Virus record (IMG/VR): IMGVR_UViG_3300014656_000083 | Location: 1-34,188 of that record | Length of the DNA: 34,188 nucleotides | Source of the DNA: a virus | Taxonomy: Duplodnaviria > Caudoviricetes | Strand: one strand, 5' to 3' | Part shown: one piece after another, positions 27,502 through 34,188 of the stretch | Position numbering within the stretch: position 1 is the stretch's first letter | How the letters are laid out: every line of letters starts with the position of its first letter | Notes under the pieces: model-generated | What the model was told of the DNA's origin: nothing | The model's input: only the letters and a program-made list of their open reading frames with translations | Databases searched by the model: none | Program-made: the position numbers and the translations under genes

Positions 27502-27987
27502 ATGAAAGTGTTATTGATTTTATTGGCATTATGGTGGTGGCTTAAAGGAAAGGGCAATGGCGAGCCTCCACCCCAATTTTTTAACTGTCCTTACTGTAGC
27601 GCGCAATTCGGGACGGAGGGGGAGTTAAATACACATATCCTAATGGTACACGGTATTCTGCCACCAGAGCCGCCCCCGTCAACATTGGCGAACTTCACCG
27701 GGACGGCAGTACGCCGCTGTGGGTTTGTGTGGGGCCAATCAACATACTGCGCTGTAGTACCCACAATCACGAATAAAACAGATCAACAGCAGACACTCGA
27801 AATCCGTTATGTTCCTGTTGTTGGCTCGTACGAAGAGACTCGACTTTTCACATTTGCGCCAAGGGAGGCCAAGACGCTCATACAACAGGTTTATTATGTG
27901 TATGTCAATGGTAAGCTCTGGCTCGATATCGACGGGGCTAGTGGGACCGTTAAGGGCTTTGTAGCGCATGACATCTGGCACGATTAG
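27502..27987 (+). CDS. TM, C2H2 finger and beta-domain protein
   Basis: LLALWWWLKGKGNG; CPYC...HILMVH. Confidence 0.75.
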   Translation: MKVLLILLALWWWLKGKGNGEPPPQFFNCPYCSAQFGTEGELNTHILMVHGILPPEPPPSTLANFTGTAVRRCGFVWGQSTYCAVVPTITNKTDQQQTLEIRYVPVVGSYEETRLFTFAPREAKTLIQQVYYVYVNGKLWLDIDGASGTVKGFVAHDIWHD

Positions 27988-28020
27988 TATACAAAAGCAT
28001 ATTTGGGCAGGAGGTGATCT

Positions 28021-28200
28021 ATGGAAATAATTGCGGCTGGAGTTGTGTTGTTTGGCATTCATCTTCCAGTGTTAGGAGCGGGTCTTTACCTGGAGTGGAA
28101 GCGCAAAGAGCCGGTATATATGCTGGTCGTAAAATGGTCGATGTTGCTCGGAGGTATAGGTACGGCCTTATGTCTCTATGGAGCGTATTTCGGCTTATAA
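28021..28200 (+). CDS. 59-aa two-TM protein (not in ORF track)
   Basis: RBS aggaggtg; MEIIAAGVVLFG...LCLYGAYFGL. Confidence 0.75.
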   Translation: MEIIAAGVVLFGIHLPVLGAGLYLEWKRKEPVYMLVVKWSMLLGGIGTALCLYGAYFGL

Positions 28201-28209
28201 GGAGGGCTC

Positions 28210-28425
28210 ATGGTTGCTCCTAGTATAAATTTGAATCTAACTATCTCGGAGATATACAACTGCCTCTGCGATTGCGGCAAAGAGAAGATGCAGCAGCTCG
28301 TCAAGGAAAAGATGGCAGAAGAGATAGATAAAGTGCAGAAGCTCGACAAGGAAAAGATGGCAGGTGAGTTGATGAAAAAAGCTCTGGAGGGCGAGCCGAA
28401 AGAAAAAGAGGGAGGCAAATCTTGA
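28210..28425 (+). CDS. Hypothetical protein
   Basis: RBS aaggagg. Confidence 0.7.
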   Translation: MVAPSINLNLTISEIYNCLCDCGKEKMQQLVKEKMAEEIDKVQKLDKEKMAGELMKKALEGEPKEKEGGKS

Positions 28426-28667
28426 AAAAAGAATACAGCACTATGACAGATGAGGAGCTGCAAACCGCCCAGCGGGACCTAAGCAAGCAGCGCAGGGACC
28501 TGAAGGAGCAGCAGGGATTGGTATCTAAGGAACTAGACAATCGGGAGATGGCCAGGAGAGCAAATAAACAAGTCGATAGAATGTCTGATCCTGAGAAGGA
28601 CGCCCTGCTTCAGGTGCTAAAGCCCACCGGCATAGAGTCCGAAGAGGGATTTAGTCCTGGTCAATAA
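28422..28667 (+). CDS. Coiled-coil protein
   Basis: RBS ggagg; coupled start. Confidence 0.7.
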   Translation: MKKEYSTMTDEELQTAQRDLSKQRRDLKEQQGLVSKELDNREMARRANKQVDRMSDPEKDALLQVLKPTGIESEEGFSPGQ

Positions 28668-28691
28668 GAGGGTAATAGCTTGAGCGAACGC

Positions 28692-29297
28692 TTATCGGTT
28701 CAAATATATAATAGCCTTTTTCAGAATTGCAATATCATCTCCAATCATACCCAAAGCACCATTGCAATTACTACAGAGTATTCCTCGTATTTCGCCAGTC
28801 TGATGATTATGGTCAACAGCCATAATCTTTGGCGACCCATTAAAGATTCCTTTTTCAGACTTACCACAAATCGCACAAACATTGCCTTGAGCTTCCAAAA
28901 GTGTATTGTATTGGTCAAGACCTATGCCGTACTTTTTGCGCAAACGATATTTCAGGCCGTATTGCTTGTCCTTAAATGGTTTCTTGTGTCTGTATTCACT
29001 CACCAACTCTCGCACACAGGATTTACAACGACTTTGCAATCCGTTCGCACTTGCCCGATTTCGGAAAAACTCCGATATTGGTTTAATCTTTTGGCATCTC
29101 CCACACCACTTCATACCAAAGGGGACTTCGGGACCACCACGATAACGGTGATTGTGCCCCCTCATATATTTCACAGGTTGACCCTTGACCCACCCAAGAT
29201 CAGGTCGATTGCGAGTGGCGATAGGGGTTTTTTGTCCACAACCACAAGCACAATAGCCTATGGTAATTGCACTAAGGGGTATCTGTGATGGTTTCAT
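28692..29297 (-). CDS. Endonuclease VII-domain homing-type endonuclease
   Basis: CAIC...VDHNHQTGEIRGILCSNCNGALG; N-terminal CACGCG. Confidence 0.9.
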   Translation of the reverse strand: MKPSQIPLSAITIGYCACGCGQKTPIATRNRPDLGWVKGQPVKYMRGHNHRYRGGPEVPFGMKWCGRCQKIKPISEFFRNRASANGLQSRCKSCVRELVSEYRHKKPFKDKQYGLKYRLRKKYGIGLDQYNTLLEAQGNVCAICGKSEKGIFNGSPKIMAVDHNHQTGEIRGILCSNCNGALGMIGDDIAILKKAIIYLNR

Positions 29298-29350
29298 AAC
29301 TTCCTCCTGGGTGTATAGTATACTATATTTTTATGGAGGTGTAAAGTACA

Positions 29351-29788
29351 ATGGCAAATTCAATTTATGGAAAAGCGAGGCAAGCGTTCCTGGAGGGGTT
29401 GATCGATTGGGCGGATGGCAATATCAAGATCCTCTTGGTCGATACCACTGACTACACCGTTGATATCGACGTCGACCAGTACTGCAACAAGGACACGATC
29501 CCCGATGCTGCCAGGGTAGCAAACGGTCTGAGCGGCAACCTGTCCGGCAAGTCTGTGACATTGGGTGTGGCCGATGCTGCCGACGAAACACTCAGCACTG
29601 TCTCCGGTGAGGAGTGCGAGGCAATCGTGATATTCCTGGACGGCGGCGGCGGCGGCGTTTCTCAGAGCGGGACTGACGACCTCCTGATCGCCTATATCGA
29701 CGACGCCACCGGGCTCCCCGTCACACCAAATTGGGGTGATATTCAAATACAGTGGGCAGCTACGGCGAATAAGATTTTTAAATTGTAA
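29351..29788 (+). CDS. Structural protein resembling phage minor tail proteins
   Basis: MANSIY...LLIAYID..TGLPVTPN. Confidence 0.7.
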   Translation: MANSIYGKARQAFLEGLIDWADGNIKILLVDTTDYTVDIDVDQYCNKDTIPDAARVANGLSGNLSGKSVTLGVADAADETLSTVSGEECEAIVIFLDGGGGGVSQSGTDDLLIAYIDDATGLPVTPNWGDIQIQWAATANKIFKL

Positions 29789-29813
29789 GGGCAGAGATCC
29801 CGGTATCCAGCGG

Positions 29814-29847
29814 CAGGGGGGAGGGTCACTATTCTCCCCTCTGTTTT
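29814..29847 (+). terminator. Intrinsic terminator
   Basis: caggggggag/ctcccctctg stem plus tttt. Confidence 0.65.
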
Positions 29848-29865
29848 ATGTAGGAGATACCTATA

Positions 29866-31233
29866 ATGCCATACGTTCAAGAGGTTTTTACCACCTGGGA
29901 CCCTGGGGAAACAGACCCTGCTACCTATTTATCGCAGACTGCTAGTCGGTCAAGCTTCACGGATTTAGACAGGGATATTGATGCTTGGCACTGTGATGAT
30001 AAGGGTGTCGATCATTTTGCTGGTGATTTCGAGCATTTGGTCGATGTAGTTATATCGGCTTCGGTGGCAGGCTCTTTTGTTGATGTTTGGGCGCTTGTTA
30101 ATGTACTGGATGACACCTATGGCATATATCTTGCAGATGGTGACTACCTACTTGTAACTTGTAACCCCCAAAATAATAGTAAAGTCCGCTTTGCGATAGG
30201 CGAATGTGACGGCGGAGACCTTGCCTATGCCGTTGATAGCGAGAGAGACCTTGGTACTTACTACCTTAGAATCAAGCGGGTTGAAGCTGATGGAGATTAT
30301 GGCACACTCTATTGCGACATATATTCTAGTGATGCGGATAGGACGAATGAGGCAAATGCTCTAGCAAACCTGTCGCAAGTATTGCATACTAGCAAAAAGG
30401 ACTTCCGTTATATCTATTGTCCGAGTACAGATAATGTACCTTTAAGTAATTTAACACAGACTGGCTACTGTGAAAACCTTAACCTCCAAGAAGTTCAGCT
30501 AATATCTCCCTCTAGCATCGCTTCCGCCGAGGCGTTCGGCACCTTAAAGGTAAACCATATAATCAAGCCGACGGGGATTGCCAGTGCTGAAGCATTCGGC
30601 ACTGCTACCGTTACACAGGTTCAAATCATATCGCCGACCGGTATAGCCTCAGCGGAAGCGTTCGGGACACCACAGGTAAACCTTATCATCACATCTGTTG
30701 GAGCTATTGCATCATCTGAAGCGTTCGGGACTGCCACGCTGCAACTCTACCTGAAGCCTACGGGGATTGCCTCAGCGGAGGCCTTCGGGACACCGACCAC
30801 TGTAATGATAGTCGAGCCAGTGGCCATAGCCTCCAGTGAGGCGTTTGGCACCCTTACGCTGGAGATTTACATCAAGCCTACGGGAATCACCAGCTCCGAG
30901 GCTTTCGGCACCCTAACCACCGTGATGATTGTCGAGCCGTCCGCTATAACCAGCTCCGAGGCTATCGGCACTTGCCACGTCCGGGTCGAGGTCAATCCTC
31001 AGAATCACGATGGGTCGGTCGGGTGGACAGACGAGAGCAAGGCTTATGACGAGGATACGGGAACTTTCGCCTACGATGACATCCCCGCAGGTACATCGAG
31101 CGACTGGCTTACCGTGAACAGGGAGCTTGCTTTGACCTGTAGCAGGGCGAGAGTGTGGTATAGCAGACAAGATGGCGATATCGGCGAGCCGACATTGGAG
31201 ATTCACCGGGATGGTGCCTGGGTGGAGGTATAA
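29866..31233 (+). CDS. Fibre/adhesin with 8 IASAEAFGT-type repeats
   Basis: ~19-21-aa repeat period. Confidence 0.85.
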   Translation: MPYVQEVFTTWDPGETDPATYLSQTASRSSFTDLDRDIDAWHCDDKGVDHFAGDFEHLVDVVISASVAGSFVDVWALVNVLDDTYGIYLADGDYLLVTCNPQNNSKVRFAIGECDGGDLAYAVDSERDLGTYYLRIKRVEADGDYGTLYCDIYSSDADRTNEANALANLSQVLHTSKKDFRYIYCPSTDNVPLSNLTQTGYCENLNLQEVQLISPSSIASAEAFGTLKVNHIIKPTGIASAEAFGTATVTQVQIISPTGIASAEAFGTPQVNLIITSVGAIASSEAFGTATLQLYLKPTGIASAEAFGTPTTVMIVEPVAIASSEAFGTLTLEIYIKPTGITSSEAFGTLTTVMIVEPSAITSSEAIGTCHVRVEVNPQNHDGSVGWTDESKAYDEDTGTFAYDDIPAGTSSDWLTVNRELALTCSRARVWYSRQDGDIGEPTLEIHRDGAWVEV

Positions 31234-32252
31234 TGCCGACCTTAACTTTACGGCCAAACGGAACAGAACATAATGAAGGCCCGTGGTATCCAGCTTGGCC
31301 TGATGAACCCCATCTTGATTACCCGTGGGAGGCGATTGACGATGTAGTTTCAGATGAAGATGAGTCTTATTGTTACAGATTTGGTGCCCCAGCCTCAGTA
31401 AACAGATTCTATTTAACAAACCACACAACAGAACAAGGGGACATTATAGATGTAACTGTGTACGCTAGGTGTAAGCGCACTCCCGCAGGTAATGTGTGGC
31501 TGCATGTAAAAACACACGGGGTAGCTTATTCCACTCAAAATGCTGTGGAGACGAGCTGGACAACATTTTCCAGGGAATATACAACTAACCCCAACACATC
31601 ACAACCTTGGACATGGGATGAAATAGATGATCTTATAATAGGCCATACTATAGGTGGACCAGACATCAATGGATATTGCACGCAGATGTATGTGGAGGTT
31701 GAATATCAATATCCCATACAGACGATAGCTCCGATAAGCATAGCCTCAGAAGAGGCGTTCGGTACACCGCAGGCAAACCTTATCATTAAATCTGTTGGAG
31801 CTATTGCGTCCGCTGAGGCGTTTGGCACACTAATTATTGAGCATGTTAGAATACTACTCTACAAGACATTCGCCCCAGGGCAGGTCGATGGTATCAGGTT
31901 GAAGTTTGCGAATACAGGCGGGTCTAGTAAATGGGCGAGAGTCCACGAGATAGACTTTATGATCACCTCCCCGCCTATATTCGTGCTGCCGGCAGCGATC
32001 GCCTCAGCGGAGGCGTTCGGTACTCCCAAGCTACAGCTATACATCATACCCGATGCTATAGCCAGCATGGAGGCTTTCGGGACACCGGCGCTGGCGCTAA
32101 TCGTGGCCATAAACGGTATCGCCAGTGCTGAGGAATTCGGCACGGCCTGGCTGATAAACTCCAGCCTGTCGGTCGCTGCTGGGAGGGAGCTGCTACCCGT
32201 GAGGCTCCTGGTCAGAAAGAGGCTCCTGACGCCTCATAGGTTGCTGCCTTAA
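31233..32252 (+). CDS. Fibre/adhesin with 5 IASAEAFGT-type repeats
   Basis: TAATG overlap; same repeats. Confidence 0.85.
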   Translation: MPTLTLRPNGTEHNEGPWYPAWPDEPHLDYPWEAIDDVVSDEDESYCYRFGAPASVNRFYLTNHTTEQGDIIDVTVYARCKRTPAGNVWLHVKTHGVAYSTQNAVETSWTTFSREYTTNPNTSQPWTWDEIDDLIIGHTIGGPDINGYCTQMYVEVEYQYPIQTIAPISIASEEAFGTPQANLIIKSVGAIASAEAFGTLIIEHVRILLYKTFAPGQVDGIRLKFANTGGSSKWARVHEIDFMITSPPIFVLPAAIASAEAFGTPKLQLYIIPDAIASMEAFGTPALALIVAINGIASAEEFGTAWLINSSLSVAAGRELLPVRLLVRKRLLTPHRLLP

Positions 32253-32294
32253 CACTCGTGTCACGTAAATGCCTATTAGCCGTATAAAATACAA

Positions 32295-32699
32295 TTAGAT
32301 CATAGCCTCTGATAATTCATCGTTTATCTGGAGGTTCAAAGCAAGCTCTTGTTTTGAACATATCTTTCGAGGTAGTTCATGCAATGAAGTATCGCTCCAA
32401 TAACTCAAGTATGTGCCACGTTCTCTGATAAGCTCAGGCGTATTCAGATTATCCAGAGCCTCAAGCCTTCTCCGGTAAATCTCAATACGTTCTCTTTGGC
32501 GGTCAGTTCGATCTCGCTTCCTTTCGTAGAATAAAGCAACCAATATAAGCCGCCGGGTGTGCTCATATTTATGGCAGGGACCACAGCGGTATTCCTTATT
32601 CCTGGGATCATCAGAACCACCATGACATAGTTCAACAATGTGGTGTTCTTCGATCTGTTCGCTTCTTCCACACCTAATACAATTCAATGCTTTCACCAT
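32295..32699 (-). CDS. HNH nuclease-domain protein
   Basis: CIRC...EEHHIVELCHGGSDDPRN...CGPCH. Confidence 0.85.
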   Translation of the reverse strand: MVKALNCIRCGRSEQIEEHHIVELCHGGSDDPRNKEYRCGPCHKYEHTRRLILVALFYERKRDRTDRQRERIEIYRRRLEALDNLNTPELIRERGTYLSYWSDTSLHELPRKICSKQELALNLQINDELSEAMI

Positions 32700-32707
32700 C
32701 CTATCGG

Positions 32708-32917
32708 CTACGTAGGCCAGGTGCAAGTCGGACTCTCCCATACCGGCCAGTTTGTATAACAAGCCTGGCACCGCCCTTTATAATTAGGTCGATTTATGTT
32801 TTGGGGTAGAGCCCACCTACCCTTTCCACACTCCGGGCATATTACCCAGACGTAGCGGTGCCTATCATTGGGGTGGCCAATATCTTTTCCTCTTATAGTA
32901 TCCCCAGCCTTCGGCAT
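32708..32917 (-). CDS. Small Zn-finger protein
   Basis: CPECG...CQAC. Confidence 0.65.
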   Translation of the reverse strand: MPKAGDTIRGKDIGHPNDRHRYVWVICPECGKGRWALPQNINRPNYKGRCQACYTNWPVWESPTCTWPT

Positions 32918-32972
32918 ATCTCACCATCCTATCCACTTCCAACCTATTGTATTTTCACCTTATAAAATACAC

Positions 32973-33737
32973 TCACCTCACCCACCGCAGCTTCCACTTC
33001 CCCTCGATGACCTGGATAAACGAGTATGAGTCGCAGAAGTCACCGCAATTACCGATCTGCAACTTGTCCTGAGTGGTCTTCAAATACGGTTGATGTGTGT
33101 GCCCGAATATCAGGTGAGTTTGATTATCCGCAGCGTATTTCTCAAAGGGGATATTATAGAGTAGGGCGTTGCGCCAGGTCCAGCCGGTTTGATCTTGCGC
33201 CTTCCACTCCCGGGGACTCCCGAATAGCCTCATGTATAGCCAGGGGAGGCGTGCCTTTACAAAGGGCTGCCGCACCCAGAAATTCCACCAGGCAATCGTC
33301 GGATCCCAGCGGTCGCCGTGCTCCACGTGTATGCCCATGACTTCGACCTGCCGGGGCATTATTTTGATAGGAAAGAGCCATTCCGCGTGCTCTGCTATAT
33401 TCGGGTTGTGATTGCCCGGGATCTTCCAATACTCTACCTTCTCGGCTATCTTTTTCTCGCGCTCAAGGGTAAGTCTGGACTCCCTCTCCGCTATTAACTG
33501 ATTATAGGTGAACCAAACAAGCTCCTCGCCGTCCCCCACCTCAACCACCAGGTCGGGCAGTTCCGCCTCCACTATGTCGAGGAATTCGTGAAAAGGCTCG
33601 TTTATTTGCCCGGGCGTGAGGTGGAGATCACTGTAGAAAAAGGTGTTATCGTATGTCGCCAAGGTTCTGAAAAGGCACCAGGACGGGATCGGGGGCAATT
33701 CGACCACTACTTTAGGGATTTGCAGGATATTATTCAT
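32973..33737 (-). CDS. Calcineurin-like metallophosphoesterase (LpxH-like)
   Basis: SDLH, GD, GNH, HGD, GHTH. Confidence 0.9.
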   Translation of the reverse strand: MNNILQIPKVVVELPPIPSWCLFRTLATYDNTFFYSDLHLTPGQINEPFHEFLDIVEAELPDLVVEVGDGEELVWFTYNQLIAERESRLTLEREKKIAEKVEYWKIPGNHNPNIAEHAEWLFPIKIMPRQVEVMGIHVEHGDRWDPTIAWWNFWVRQPFVKARLPWLYMRLFGSPREWKAQDQTGWTWRNALLYNIPFEKYAADNQTHLIFGHTHQPYLKTTQDKLQIGNCGDFCDSYSFIQVIEGKWKLRWVR

Positions 33738-34188
33738 TTGACTACCTCCGCTTTCTTTTGCTCAATTAAAATATCTATAGCTGCATTAACAGCCTCCCTT
33801 TGTCTGCCGAGATCGTACCATTGGGCGGTTAGTTTGTTTTGAAGCTCCCGGAGTGTAACTATATGGTCTGTGTATGTTGTCACTTCTGGATTATCGGATT
33901 GCAGAGTATACCCCGTTTTTCTAAGGCACCTCTTCCAACGGTTAAGGGAGGAGCGGTTGATACCTGTATTTTTAGAGGTTACCTTCAACCCCAGCTTTCG
34001 GCAGTCCTCAAGGATCTCCAGGCGCTCCTTCTCGGTGAAGTCCAGGGTGCCGTTAGGATGCCGCGGTGGTACGACTCGATCGGGGGGCTCCGGTCCCTGA
34101 ACTGGAGTGTGCCCATACTGTTTAAGCCAATAGTCAAGGGCATACAGGGAGCAGCCTATTCGCTTACTTACCGCATATTTGATTGCCC
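33734..34188 (-). CDS. 3' part of the junction-spanning Zn ribbon/HTH protein
   Basis: Open frame from the window end to the stop at 33734. Confidence 0.85.
   Translation of the reverse strand, partial: AIKYAVSKRIGCSLYALDYWLKQYGHTPVQGPEPPDRVVPPRHPNGTLDFTEKERLEILEDCRKLGLKVTSKNTGINRSSLNRWKRCLRKTGYTLQSDNPEVTTYTDHIVTLRELQNKLTAQWYDLGRQREAVNAAIDILIEQKKAEVVK

Larger units (their letters stand above)
1..34188. mobile_element. Complete circular temperate tailless virus or integrative element
   Basis: Circularity, integrase, replication module and structural module. Confidence 0.85.

Noticed and set aside
28680-29288. 202-aa plus-strand ORF
   Set aside because: Antisense shadow of the EndoVII gene.

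Overview
The window looks like a complete circular virus or integrative element of 34,125 bp. Bases 1-63 equal 34126-34188, and a 228-aa ORF reads through the join. It has two arms diverging at about 12,970-13,100 and converging at about 32,270. The minus arm carries a tyrosine integrase, a RecT/Bet-like annealing protein, an AEP primase, a likely origin, a UvrD helicase, DNA-modification genes and a metallophosphoesterase. The plus arm carries morphogenesis genes: a probable double jelly-roll (DJR) major capsid protein, many membrane-anchored proteins, penton/spike-like proteins, three paralogous beta-helix proteins and IASAEAFGT-repeat fibres. I recognise no terminase, portal, packaging ATPase or endolysin. 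Tiny basic Cys-rich peptides precede the capsid gene instead. Sigma70-type promoters and GGAGG RBSs indicate a bacterial host; Dehalococcoidia is an inference from gene style. The most unusual pattern is recurrent cargo flanked by 70-165-bp duplications of the neighbouring gene's end. One such event creates a promoter-driven antisense RNA unit. All product calls come from visual motif recognition, not database searches.
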